Positions 1 to 9,497 are shown, counted from the first letter of the stretch. The stretch is 55,191 nucleotides of DNA from Kiritimatiellales bacterium (GCA_016744085.1 JADGFE010000001.1:1-55191), one strand, 5' to 3'. A program made the numbers and translations. Notes: a model not told the origin generated them from the letters alone.

Positions 1-3000
1 TCGGAGTGGCCGAGTGCGTTACGGGATTCGGTGACGAAGCGCCCCTTGGGGTCGTATTCGCTCTGTTGGGGACTGCGTGTGGCGATGTCCGCACCGGAGA
101 CGGTTTGGTTGGTGATGTTACCGAACGAATCGTATTCGTAGTAGGTCTGGAGCCATTTGTCGGTACGGTCGGGTTCGACAACCTCCAGAGCCAACAAGCC
201 AGTGGTATTGTAGTAGTAGAAATCGGCGACCCGCACGACATCGGACTTGTTGCTGCGGCTGTGGGTGGCCGTTGAGCGGCCTAGGCGACCGATTATCCAG
301 TCGTCGTGCCACGCGAAGAAGGAGTTAACGGTTTGCAGGTGGGTTCCGTCACCGTAGTCCATGACGGTTTTGGAAATATCGCCGTACCAGATTTCGGAAA
401 GGAAACTAGTGGGTTGGATGAGGTTGGGCACTTCCGTATCTGTGTCCTGATGGTCGAACCAGTTGTAGGTGGTGACTTCGGAAACCACATTGTTGGTGTC
501 GCCCAGCTCCCATGTGCGCTCGATGGAACGAGGGAAGTAGTGGAACCAGGAATAGGCATTCGAGGGCTGGCCAGTCCAGACAGGATGATAGAGGCAAGTG
601 TTTACCACTTCCTTGAGCAGCTGCCCGTCCGGGCCGGTGTCCGGATCTGGGATGTAACGGGTCTCGGTCTTGAGCCGCGCCCCCGTCAGAGGGAATTCCT
701 GAGCGAGATAATCGACCTTTGAAATCTTGGTTTGCGGGTCGTACGACTCGAAAATCTGGAATCCGAGGAATCCACGGTCGCGATGGCTGCGCCCGTTAGC
801 GTAGGTGTACATCGACCAATATTTCCCGCCTAATCCGTTGCTCTTCAACATTTCGGAAACCACCTGCATGGGACCCTGAATATCATAGGCAGGGAACTGC
901 GCCTCGGAACCCTTGGTGTAGACATCATTATCGGTCAGCGGTCGGTAGAAAAACTCGGTCGTGGCCGCGTAGTGGCCGCCTTCGCGAACCCCGGTGGTTA
1001 TCTTTTTGAGCATGGGTGTTTTGGATTGATTGATCCATGCGCTTTGGGTTGTCCCGCAATAGGCCACCATATCCAGCAAGCCGTCGCCGTTGACATCGAC
1101 GAACCGTGCCCCCTTGTCCTTCCCGTCGGTGGCCACCAACGGTTGCGGCGGTACGTACCGGTTGTCCTGAACCCATCCACCGGCGGTATTGATCCAGGCA
1201 TTGGAGGTTGTGGTATTGTTCTGGACGATATCCACCCGACCGTCGCCGTTGGCATCAACGAACATCACGCCTTTCGAAATCGCATTGTCCTCCTTCAACA
1301 CGATTGGGGGGATAAAATTAGTATCAGAGTTCGTTGCCCAGCCCGTTCCTGTGTTGAGATAGGCTCCGTTGGTTACGGTTCCTCCAGCCAGCTTGTGGTG
1401 GAACAGAAAATCGGGCAACCCGTCGCCGTTCACATCCTTCAATTGCACCCCTGTGCTTTTCTGGTTATCGTCTATAAACTTGTAGGGCGTGTTATAGGGG
1501 CCGATTACAATGCTTGATGGTACAAACGGATTGGCCGGAAATGTGAAAGAGAAGTGCTGGGTTCCAGCATAAAGTTCATCTAGACTCTGATTTCCGTCGA
1601 TATCCAAAAAGCGAGATCCTCCATCTGTACCGCCATCGTTGCCGGAGTGCATTTGGGAATACAACCCTGTCTGCACCCAGCCATTTGTTGACCCTAACCA
1701 TTTCCCCGTCTCACGTAGCTGATTTCTATATCGGTGATAATGCATATCCGGAATACCATCCGCATTAAAGTCCACCAATTCCACTCCGGTGTATTCCTCG
1801 CCTTCAAAAGAGATGTGCATCGGCGGCACGAACGCGGAGGAGGAAGTCGTGGCCCAGCCGGTTCCCGTATTGAGGTAGGCGCCACTCTGCGTGGTCGATC
1901 CATCCAGATGGTTGTAGAACATGTCCGGCAAGCCATCGCCATTGATGTCGGCGAAGGTAATACGGTCCTTGTTGCCTTCATCCACAAACGCGAAAGGCGG
2001 AGCATATCCCGTAGCGGACACCCAGTTGGTTCCCGTGTTAAGGTAGGCACCGCCCGTGGTACCGTCGTGATGAACCAGATCGGTGAACCCGTCGCCATTA
2101 AGATCCAGGAATCGAACGCCTTTGTCCTTGCCATCGGTTCCAGTAATTTCCACAGGGGGCGCAAGCGACGGCTCGGATGAATATCCAGCGGCACCATCTG
2201 CATCCGTCCAATCAAACAGAGTCGCCGGGAGCGAATCCCCGTTGGCGAAAAACTGCTGGATGGAAGAAAGTTGGCTGAAGTCAGTGGTTCCGTAGTCGTA
2301 AGTAAATCGATACTCATGAGCCTTGACCCCATCGACATGGAATTCGATACGCGCCAGCCGCTTGGAGGTATGATACCGTGCCCCTTCATGGTAGCGGAAG
2401 CTGATGTCGGTGCGGTTGGTGTAAATGAACTCGACCGTATTGTAGGCAGAAATCCCCTTGCCCTCGTTGCCGGTATACTCGATGCGATCAAGTAAATGCT
2501 CGCCGTTTACCGAGTCCTCGTCATAAACGAAATCCATGAAATTGCCTGCCGTGTCCGAAATGCGGTTCACCGCCCACGTGATTGCTTCTGACCGGTTCGG
2601 CGGTTCCACAAACGAGGCCGGAGTTTTCCCGTATTCATAGATCAGTCCGGATTTTGTGCGCACCTCGAACCAGCAGTTCGTTGAAGCCAGATCGCCGTTC
2701 AGCACAACCTTGCTGAAACCTTCGATTTCCGTGCGGTATTCTGTGCCGTCCGTCCCGTAGAGCGCCGAATTTGTTGAAACCAACAGCAACCGCTGGCCGT
2801 CGAGCACCAGCCGGTCGTCCGTATTGAACTCCACACCACCTAAGAATCCTTCGTACTGGCGGACGGGTGCCATTCGGGCAATGGAGGAAACACCGCTGAG
2901 TGAAAACCCGATGCCCATCGCACCGTTGCCCGCGCGGCTACTGTAGGAAACACCCAGCGTTGGCTGAACACCCGCTGTTCCCGGTGGCACAGCCAAAGGA

Positions 3001-3167
3001 ATGCTGTAGGAAGCCGCTCCGGTATTGTTCACGCTGGCATCGCCCGAAAGCGCACCCACCAAAACCTGCGGTTCATAAGGCGGGTCTACCGGCGGAATCC
3101 CTTGTCCCGCCGCACCAAGAACTCCAAGAAAAACAAAAAAACCAATCAATATCTTCATTCTAAACAT
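1..3167 (-). CDS. Secreted SpvB / FG-GAP repeat / TcB-type (RHS/YD-associated) protein, 5' part; continues beyond window
   Basis: Read manually; absent from the ORF track, presumably because it has no stop in the window. MFRMKILIGFFVFLGVLGAAG is signal-like; GAASYSIPLAVPPGTAGVQPTLGVSYSSRAGNGAMGIGFSLSG is the SpvB/TcB N-terminal motif; repeated DINGDGLPD...YLNTGTGW units; DRGFLGF TcdB mid-domain motif near 760-785. Not every codon was checked. Confidence 0.85.
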   Translation of the reverse strand, partial: MFRMKILIGFFVFLGVLGAAGQGIPPVDPPYEPQVLVGALSGDASVNNTGAASYSIPLAVPPGTAGVQPTLGVSYSSRAGNGAMGIGFSLSGVSSIARMAPVRQYEGFLGGVEFNTDDRLVLDGQRLLLVSTNSALYGTDGTEYRTEIEGFSKVVLNGDLASTNCWFEVRTKSGLIYEYGKTPASFVEPPNRSEAITWAVNRISDTAGNFMDFVYDEDSVNGEHLLDRIEYTGNEGKGISAYNTVEFIYTNRTDISFRYHEGARYHTSKRLARIEFHVDGVKAHEYRFTYDYGTTDFSQLSSIQQFFANGDSLPATLFDWTDADGAAGYSSEPSLAPPVEITGTDGKDKGVRFLDLNGDGFTDLVHHDGTTGGAYLNTGTNWVSATGYAPPFAFVDEGNKDRITFADINGDGLPDMFYNHLDGSTTQSGAYLNTGTGWATTSSSAFVPPMHISFEGEEYTGVELVDFNADGIPDMHYHRYRNQLRETGKWLGSTNGWVQTGLYSQMHSGNDGGTDGGSRFLDIDGNQSLDELYAGTQHFSFTFPANPFVPSSIVIGPYNTPYKFIDDNQKSTGVQLKDVNGDGLPDFLFHHKLAGGTVTNGAYLNTGTGWATNSDTNFIPPIVLKEDNAISKGVMFVDANGDGRVDIVQNNTTTSNAWINTAGGWVQDNRYVPPQPLVATDGKDKGARFVDVNGDGLLDMVAYCGTTQSAWINQSKTPMLKKITTGVREGGHYAATTEFFYRPLTDNDVYTKGSEAQFPAYDIQGPMQVVSEMLKSNGLGGKYWSMYTYANGRSHRDRGFLGFQIFESYDPQTKISKVDYLAQEFPLTGARLKTETRYIPDPDTGPDGQLLKEVVNTCLYHPVWTGQPSNAYSWFHYFPRSIERTWELGDTNNVVSEVTTYNWFDHQDTDTEVPNLIQPTSFLSEIWYGDISKTVMDYGDGTHLQTVNSFFAWHDDWIIGRLGRSTATHSRSNKSDVVRVADFYYYNTTGLLALEVVEPDRTDKWLQTYYEYDSFGNITNQTVSGADIATRSPQQSEYDPKGRFVTESRNALGHS

Positions 3168-3187
3168 CCCGTTACCCCATTAAAAAA

Positions 3188-3670
3188 TCAATCTAGTTCC
3201 AACTGTTCCACTCGGCGTTGCCGTTTCCGCATAATGCTTGCCACCGTCGCACGATTCTGCTCCGACTCTGGAACACGCACAGCATCCGACCGCAATGAGG
3301 CGTACGCCTCCAGTTCGTTGCCCTCAACCGCGATTCGCTCGATTTGCGCAGCAGGGAGGTCGCCGCCACCAACCTTTCCTTCCGTCAATAGAGCGGGCGA
3401 TTCTCTTGTATTGTGGACAACGACAGCTTCGGTTGTTGAAACAGGCACGGAATCCAAGGTGGAGGGATCGTTGAATACTTCGCGAGTCAGCGCCTGATCC
3501 ACCGGTGCATGGTTCTCGCCTTCGGGCGCGGTTGCGATCATGGGCTTCGCCTGTTCAATATTCGTCGAATCTTCCTTCTTCTTTTCGCGGAATTCGAGGA
3601 TGGCTGCAGCGACAATGCAAGCAGCTACGCCCAGTACAATAAAAGGAAGGTATTCAATCAATCGCTTCAT
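3188..3670 (-). CDS. Hypothetical protein with N-terminal membrane anchor
   Basis: 160 aa with a hydrophobic N-terminus; abuts the upstream gene stop; co-oriented with the RHS-type gene. Confidence 0.7.
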   Translation of the reverse strand: MKRLIEYLPFIVLGVAACIVAAAILEFREKKKEDSTNIEQAKPMIATAPEGENHAPVDQALTREVFNDPSTLDSVPVSTTEAVVVHNTRESPALLTEGKVGGGDLPAAQIERIAVEGNELEAYASLRSDAVRVPESEQNRATVASIMRKRQRRVEQLELD

Positions 3671-4822
3671 CTATTCGCCTCCTAGATAAATCAGGTTATG
3701 CACGGGATCAATGGCGTGATACCACCCCGTTCCAGGAACAACCACTAGCACACCGCCGGAACCATTTGCTTGAACAGAAGTGGCAAGGGCATCCTCGATG
3801 CCATCGTGAAGGCCATCTCCATCACTGTCGGGAACAAGAGGATTTGTTCCGTTGGCAAGTTCTACGTCATCGTTTATTCCATCACCGTCCGTATCGGCAA
3901 GATTGGGATTGGTCTTGTGCAAGTAGATTTCGAGGCTGTCCGGGATAGTGTCTGAATCAGAATGGGCATCGGATCGTGCCGCCACCCAGAAATGCGTGGG
4001 CGAGTTGGTGGCGGTTTCATCAATCCATGTAAATTCGGAGATTCCAACCGAGGAAATATTGGTAAAGAGAGACCAATCCCAATCAATCAGGCTCGTTGAG
4101 ACAAACACGTCTACTGAATTCGTGTAGTCGATGGGGAAATATACTCCAACCTCGACCTCGTTACTTTCCACGCCTATGGCAAGCATAAGGTTCGTTACTG
4201 TCAGAGGTGATGAAGCTGCCATCGCCATGGGTGCGGACATTTCCAACGCCTCTTGTTCGGCAACCCCGGCTTCCTCTTCCAAGTAATTCTCTGCAAACGA
4301 GACTGGTACAACTCGTATTTCGGAGCCAAATTTTGCAGCATGATACAGCTCCCGCTGGGAGAGGGTCAGCTCCGACGCATCGCTTAAACCAAAATGATTA
4401 AGTACCCAGAAATACGGATCATACTCCACCGTACGGCGGAAAACAGGCGTACCCTCTACGTTGTAGATAACCAGATCGCCACTGTAGTCCAGCAATACAT
4501 AAAATGTGTATTCGGGATACATCAGACCGCCGAGCGTTTTTAGTTCCCCGACCGCCTGCGACAATAGCTCCTTCGGCCATTCGCCCGAATCCCAGTTCAC
4601 AAAATAAATCTGGTTTTCTGGATGGATATAAACCGCATCCCCCGGAAGCGGAGGTAAAAATAGTTCATGCACCGCATTAAAAGCATCTTCCAGTTGCACT
4701 GGCGATGTTACATCCGCTGCAACAACCGGTTCCGGTGGCTCATTTGCTGGCTTCTTCGCCCAGACACTACTGACCGCCGCCAGAACAACAAACCATAGTA
4801 GCCCTGTTAATAATTTTTTCAC
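3671..4822 (-). CDS. Secreted protein with Ca-binding DxDxDG (thrombospondin type 3-like) repeats
   Basis: Likely GTG start at 4822 after GAAGGGG; signal peptide (M)KKLLTGLLWFVVLAAVSSVWA; DTDGDGINDDVE and DSDGDGLHDGIE repeats. Confidence 0.75.
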   Translation of the reverse strand: MKKLLTGLLWFVVLAAVSSVWAKKPANEPPEPVVAADVTSPVQLEDAFNAVHELFLPPLPGDAVYIHPENQIYFVNWDSGEWPKELLSQAVGELKTLGGLMYPEYTFYVLLDYSGDLVIYNVEGTPVFRRTVEYDPYFWVLNHFGLSDASELTLSQRELYHAAKFGSEIRVVPVSFAENYLEEEAGVAEQEALEMSAPMAMAASSPLTVTNLMLAIGVESNEVEVGVYFPIDYTNSVDVFVSTSLIDWDWSLFTNISSVGISEFTWIDETATNSPTHFWVAARSDAHSDSDTIPDSLEIYLHKTNPNLADTDGDGINDDVELANGTNPLVPDSDGDGLHDGIEDALATSVQANGSGGVLVVVPGTGWYHAIDPVHNLIYLGGE

Positions 4823-5003
4823 TCTTTCCCCTTCGCTTAATAATGCCCTTAAAAACTGAGACCTCAAACGCGCACCCATTGAAACGCGAATATTCCATAT
4901 TGTGCCCAGAGAGTACGTATTTACCCAAATCGGTGTCAACGCTTCTTTGGTGGAGAATTTAGGCGTAGTACAAAATACTAGTCTCCGGTTCTTATGAGCA
5001 GAA

Positions 5004-5031
5004 TTGACATGGCCGTTCGAACAAGTATTTT
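5004..5031 (+). promoter_or_regulatory. Putative sigma70 promoter
   Basis: TTGACA (5004-5009), 16-nt spacer, TATTTT (5026-5031). Confidence 0.35.
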
Positions 5032-5083
5032 CTCGGCAAGCTGATTCGGAGTCACCCCGACAATCCCTGCCGGTTCAGCCTAG

Positions 5084-5124
5084 ACCTCCGGCCACTCTCC
5101 CCTGGGTGCCGGAGGTTGTTTTTT
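5084..5124 (+). terminator. Intrinsic terminator-like hairpin
   Basis: ACCTCCGGC...GCCGGAGGT stem followed by TGTTTTTT. Confidence 0.6.
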
Positions 5125-5231
5125 CAGTATAGGGCGTTTCTCCTATTTTTATGTACAAACGGACAACGCCCCACCGAAGTGACGCCAAGCCTTTAAAGCC
5201 TCAGCACTCCCTCTTTAGTGGTGAAAGAAAA

Positions 5232-5825
5232 ATGTCAACAAGAGGACTTATAGGATTCAGGTGCAATGACACCGACAAACTCATCTACAACCATTCCGAC
5301 TCCCATCCGGACACGCTGGGGTTAAAGGTATTGAGGGATTTTAGAGAAGTGAGCAATTGGGACACAGTATGCGACCGCGTTGAATCGCTGGTCTCAATTC
5401 CTGAAACAAGAATGATTGGCGATAACACCAGCATGGCGGAGTCTGAAATTAGACGGCACTTCCCGGAACAGGAGCAAAGATTTTCTCCACGGAATTTCTA
5501 CGATCTCTACCAGCCGTTACAGGGATCGCTAAAACCGTACCTTGATGGAAAACTCTCATTTATGCCGGATGCGTCAGACTTCATCAGGAACAGCCTGCAT
5601 TGCGAATGGGCGTACGTCGTCAATCTTGATGATTGGAAGTTTGAAGTATGGAAAGGTGGGCAGACCAAGCCAGACCCAGATAATAGATATGGCGAGGAAG
5701 AGGATAGAATGGGGTATTTCCCCTGCCAAAAGGTCAAAGCCTATGAACTCGAAGACCTGCCAGAACCAGGCCGCTATCTATCGGATTATTTTTTCTTTCG
5801 GGATTTGAATGGCACTGACCGCTAA
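5232..5825 (+). CDS. Hypothetical protein, phage/mobile-element type (MSTRG...YNHSDSHP)
   Basis: ORF 5151-5825; likelier start MSTRGLIGFR at 5232; CEWAYVVNLD motif typical of such proteins. Confidence 0.7.
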   Translation: MSTRGLIGFRCNDTDKLIYNHSDSHPDTLGLKVLRDFREVSNWDTVCDRVESLVSIPETRMIGDNTSMAESEIRRHFPEQEQRFSPRNFYDLYQPLQGSLKPYLDGKLSFMPDASDFIRNSLHCEWAYVVNLDDWKFEVWKGGQTKPDPDNRYGEEEDRMGYFPCQKVKAYELEDLPEPGRYLSDYFFFRDLNGTDR

Positions 5826-5830
5826 AACCG

Positions 5831-5983
5831 CTAGTCAGGCTGTTTATTCAGCTTGGCCAATTTATTCGTTAGGTGTTTGATCTCCTTTTGAATCTCTCCG
5901 TACATCCATGATTCTGGATTGCACATCAAAAGTTCTAACGTCCTGCAATCGAGCAACAGTTCCAACTCTTCCTTTCGCGCCAT
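5831..5983 (-). CDS. Small hypothetical protein (50 aa, MARKEELELLLDC...)
   Basis: Read manually; continues the minus-strand gene run; helical C-terminus. Confidence 0.4.
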   Translation of the reverse strand: MARKEELELLLDCRTLELLMCNPESWMYGEIQKEIKHLTNKLAKLNKQPD

Positions 5984-6092
5984 ATCAAACAGCCATTATC
6001 GTTCTATATAAACCTACCGCCCGAATAGGTGGGAAAAGGATACCGCCGCCAAAGTCGGGATATTCAACTCTGTCGAATGTCCCGAAATAAAT

Positions 6093-6329
6093 TTAATCTT
6101 CATTTCTTATTCGCGGCCAGTAAACGATGTATTGCAATCCCATCTGGTCGTAATTGGCTCCGGCAATTCCTTGCATGGCGGCTTGTTCAACGCAGCGTAT
6201 TGGCTCATCACACTCAATGCCGTAGCACCGGGCACCGTACATGCCTCGTCCTGAATAGTCGTCTCTGATTTCCCCGCCGATCATGTCGGCCACTTCGTTT
6301 AGTGCTTCGATTTGTTCTTCTAAATTCAT
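6093..6329 (-). CDS. Small phage-like hypothetical protein (DYSGRGMYG motif)
   Basis: Start MNLEEQ at 6329 with GAGGT upstream; DYSGRGMYGARCYGI and DQMGL..IVYWP motifs. Confidence 0.7.
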   Translation of the reverse strand: MNLEEQIEALNEVADMIGGEIRDDYSGRGMYGARCYGIECDEPIRCVEQAAMQGIAGANYDQMGLQYIVYWPRIRNED

Positions 6330-6336
6330 TTTTGTA

Positions 6337-6681
6337 TTACCTCGTTTTGTGAGTGTGAGTTGAGCGCAAATAGATCCGGTACGGGCGGCGCATGGCATTA
6401 TTTTGCGATGGGTCGCGTTCGTACGCCAGTGGTGGCTCGGATTCCGTTTCGACATCCACCGAGTGGCTGAGTATCCGAACGGCCATCAAGGTTCGAAGAC
6501 CACTGCGATTGCAGAGCTTCATTAACCTCGAAAGAGTCAGCGGATAACGGTAACAGTCGCGGGTTCCATGGAGTTCTGCATAATAATAGCGTACGGTTTT
6601 AAGCACGAGATCGAGTAAGCGTTGTTGCCGAATATCGAAGGATTCAGCCATGCCGGTACCGAGCCATTTTCGGCGGTTCAT
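6337..6681 (-). CDS. Hypothetical protein, possible DNA-binding
   Basis: 114 aa; ATGA overlap with the ATPase stop. Confidence 0.65.
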   Translation of the reverse strand: MNRRKWLGTGMAESFDIRQQRLLDLVLKTVRYYYAELHGTRDCYRYPLTLSRLMKLCNRSGLRTLMAVRILSHSVDVETESEPPLAYERDPSQNNAMRRPYRIYLRSTHTHKTR

Positions 6682-8018
6682 GACTTTAAATCTCCATCTT
6701 TGATTGCACCCGCCTTAACATTAAGGTGTTTAAATTGAACGTGTGTGGGCGGCAAACGGCCTTTGATTTTTACAATACCTTCACCGACCTTCAGTCGATC
6801 AAGAAACACGTCCTGATTTCGTTCCAAAAACAACGATTGCCGTGCGGCAATGATATCGGCTTCGTGTGTGAGCGAAAGAAAGATGAGGGTGTGCGTATTT
6901 CCAAGCACATAGATAGGGAGCATGGATGGATGCTGGGTGATTGCAATCAACGCCTGACCGAAGGAACGAATCTCCCTGTACACATTTTCAAGCCCTCCAT
7001 TTGGAGATTCTCCATAGGCTGAAGCGGGAAAAATATTATGGGCTTCTTCGAGTACCAGCACATGTCGAAGTTTATCCGTCTCCCCTTGTCCCAACCGATG
7101 CAAATGTATCCATCTTAAAATAACTTCGGTAAAAAATGCCCGCACGGTTTTGGGCAGCTCAAGATCCAGTTCCAGAATCACCGGATAATTAAGGAACTCT
7201 TCGAGTTTGATTGGGACACGGGCATTGAATGCTTTTGCTGCCGGGCCGAACGTAAAGGTTCGAAGGATACGTAAGCAACTATCCCGCCAAAGGGCACGAC
7301 GTCCGCTGAATCGCTGGCGATCCAATCGACCTTTGAGGTCGAAGAAGTTGGGATATTCCTTCGCCTTGTCAGGATCGGAATAGAATCCCTTGGCATCGAA
7401 TTCCGCATCAGCAAGTTCGGCCAGCACATCGGCTACACCCTGACCTGAGACATGGGTCTTTTCCAACACATCCGATAAAATCTGAATCCATGTTTGCGGA
7501 TGGACATTGGGTGGTGGCCGCAATGGGTTCCACAAAAAAGGAGATGCGTCTCGCCCCACGGTATAAACCATGAGGCCTTTCATATCGGACAAGCTCCGAA
7601 GGTTTCGATAGCTTCGCTTCCAGTCAATGACGAGAAACTGAATTTTTCTTTTAACGAACTGCCGGAGCAGATTATAGGCAACATGGGTTTTTCCGGAACC
7701 GGTGGTGGCAAAGATTCCGGTGTGCTTTACCAGATCGCGGCTATTGAGAAACATGCGTTGCGGCGACCTGCCGGGATAGCGGATATCGCCAAGATAAAGA
7801 TCGCCTGCTGTTTCAATCTGATCGGATGGAGGCAAGCGCACTTCGCGATCATCAATCTGATTTCCAAGGTACGAGACCGCCATCATGCGAATCATATTCT
7901 CAGCTTCGGCCCGGGCGGCGGGACTTTCGGCGATTTGGTAGTGCGACCAAAGCGAATCTGCTGAACCATGGATCAAAGGACGCAGTTGCTGGCACAAACG
8001 GCGCAGCTCTTCAGTCAC
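6678..8018 (-). CDS. HerA/FtsK-superfamily ATPase (DUF87-like)
   Basis: Walker A ATTGSGKT; IDWK; Walker B VLVLEEAH; RSFG..LIAITQ.PS sensor motif. Confidence 0.85.
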   Translation of the reverse strand: MTEELRRLCQQLRPLIHGSADSLWSHYQIAESPAARAEAENMIRMMAVSYLGNQIDDREVRLPPSDQIETAGDLYLGDIRYPGRSPQRMFLNSRDLVKHTGIFATTGSGKTHVAYNLLRQFVKRKIQFLVIDWKRSYRNLRSLSDMKGLMVYTVGRDASPFLWNPLRPPPNVHPQTWIQILSDVLEKTHVSGQGVADVLAELADAEFDAKGFYSDPDKAKEYPNFFDLKGRLDRQRFSGRRALWRDSCLRILRTFTFGPAAKAFNARVPIKLEEFLNYPVILELDLELPKTVRAFFTEVILRWIHLHRLGQGETDKLRHVLVLEEAHNIFPASAYGESPNGGLENVYREIRSFGQALIAITQHPSMLPIYVLGNTHTLIFLSLTHEADIIAARQSLFLERNQDVFLDRLKVGEGIVKIKGRLPPTHVQFKHLNVKAGAIKDGDLKS

Positions 8019-8859
8019 GCAATGCTCCGTCCAGATTATGGATCAGCACCTCTTTTCGCTCCACGGCTCTGGTTCCAGAAGATTTCTTCGAATTACCTAG
8101 CGAATATTTGGTTTCGATAGATTCGATCCGGAAATCATTAAAAATCTGCCGTACCTGCGGGGTATCGTTGAGCGAGAGGATGAAACGACCATTTATGGTT
8201 CTGAGCGTTTTGGCGAGTCGCCTGAAATCACCATCCTTGAATGAGACCGCATAAAAATCCGCTTCCCAGTAGGGTGGGTCGATATAGAAAAACGTTTCCG
8301 GCGAATCATATTTTTTAATGCAGTCGCAGGCATCGAGGTTTTCTATGGTGGTTCTGGCCATTCGTTCGTGGGTTTCCTTCAGTTTGTCTTCAACGGATTG
8401 AAGGTTGAGAGAACTTGGCCTTGCGATACCTGTACCGAATGTTCTGTTGACGGTCTTTCCGCCGTAACCCATTCGCTGTAGCCGATAGTATCTAACCGCC
8501 CGTTGCACATCAGTCAGAAGCTCGGGGTCTTGCCGGGATTCCTTTTCAAACTGCTCTCTTGATACCAACGAAAAATCAAGGCATCGCAAAAATTCCGGCA
8601 GGTGATGTCGAATCACATTCCAAAATCGTACCAGCTCACCGTCCCGGTCATTCAAAATTTCAACTCGGCTCGGTGGCTTTGTGAAATACACCCACGCTCC
8701 ACCGCAAAAGGGTTCGACGTAGGTGGTATGCGACGGAATCTTTTCAACGATCCGTTTGGCCAGCCGCGATTTTCCGCCGAGATAGCCGAGCGGGCTTCTT
8801 AATGGTTTGGCATTGGTTTTATCTTTAGTGGTTGGGGTAATGGTTGTTTGGGTAGTCAT
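8011..8859 (-). CDS. DNA adenine methyltransferase (Dam/D12 class), copy 1
   Basis: YLGGKS, YVEPFCGG, NDRD, FYIDPPY; exact start uncertain. Confidence 0.9.
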   Translation of the reverse strand: MTTQTTITPTTKDKTNAKPLRSPLGYLGGKSRLAKRIVEKIPSHTTYVEPFCGGAWVYFTKPPSRVEILNDRDGELVRFWNVIRHHLPEFLRCLDFSLVSREQFEKESRQDPELLTDVQRAVRYYRLQRMGYGGKTVNRTFGTGIARPSSLNLQSVEDKLKETHERMARTTIENLDACDCIKKYDSPETFFYIDPPYWEADFYAVSFKDGDFRRLAKTLRTINGRFILSLNDTPQVRQIFNDFRIESIETKYSLGNSKKSSGTRAVERKEVLIHNLDGALRD

Positions 8860-9364
8860 TATGATAGGAGCCGTGCGGCTCAGGCATTTTTCTGTTTTTC
8901 GAAGGAGCAACAGTGGATTGAGGCAAGGCCGCGAGAAACCGGGTTTTGGCTTCGTTTCGAGAAAACCCCTCCCACGCATTCAGGAAATCCCGCATTATAT
9001 TTGTGAGATCCCGCCAGCACTCAGTGTCTTCACGTCGCTGAGCACTTCGGATCATGGATGCGCTTTGATCGAGTTTGGATTCCAGCCCCATCATGTCGAT
9101 ATTGTTTCCCATCGACGCGTTGCTAAGCTGGAGAAATTTTGTATCGATATCCAACTCTTCTGACATCAGCTGCTTTAAGTGACTAGCACGGATGCGAAGC
9201 CGCTCGATAATCTGTGTCGCCGTCACGGCAAGGCGGGTTTCAGTAAGTTCCGTCCGTCCCTCAAGCAGGGATTTCATGGCGGCATCTTGTGTAAGATCCA
9301 GTGGTTGATCCGGGTTTGATCGTATGTCTCGTGGCCTCCTGTTACTCTTTAAATGTAGCAACAT
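8825..9364 (-). CDS. Hypothetical helical protein (ECWRD motif)
   Basis: 179-aa ORF (start possibly 9277); first gene of the ATPase/methylase run. Confidence 0.65.
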   Translation of the reverse strand: MLLHLKSNRRPRDIRSNPDQPLDLTQDAAMKSLLEGRTELTETRLAVTATQIIERLRIRASHLKQLMSEELDIDTKFLQLSNASMGNNIDMMGLESKLDQSASMIRSAQRREDTECWRDLTNIMRDFLNAWEGFSRNEAKTRFLAALPQSTVAPSKNRKMPEPHGSYHNDYPNNHYPNH

Positions 9365-9497
9365 GCTTTATCATTTTAGAGTACTCGATTTTCTTTAAAA
9401 GGCTCGTGCCGGATTCATAGGAAGAACCTTGGCACTACTGCTAATTCCCCACTGATTCGAGGCCAACCATTTCCTTTCGCGCCACTGAAGGGATTTA

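Noticed and set aside
6-3163. Many short ORFs on both strands in the track
   Set aside because: Shadow frames of the long minus-strand SpvB/FG-GAP gene.
5050-5063. AGTCACCCCGACAA resembling the tRNA-Pro 3' end (possible att)
   Set aside because: Two mismatches in 14 nt, inverted relative to the tRNA, no T-loop and no cloverleaf upstream.
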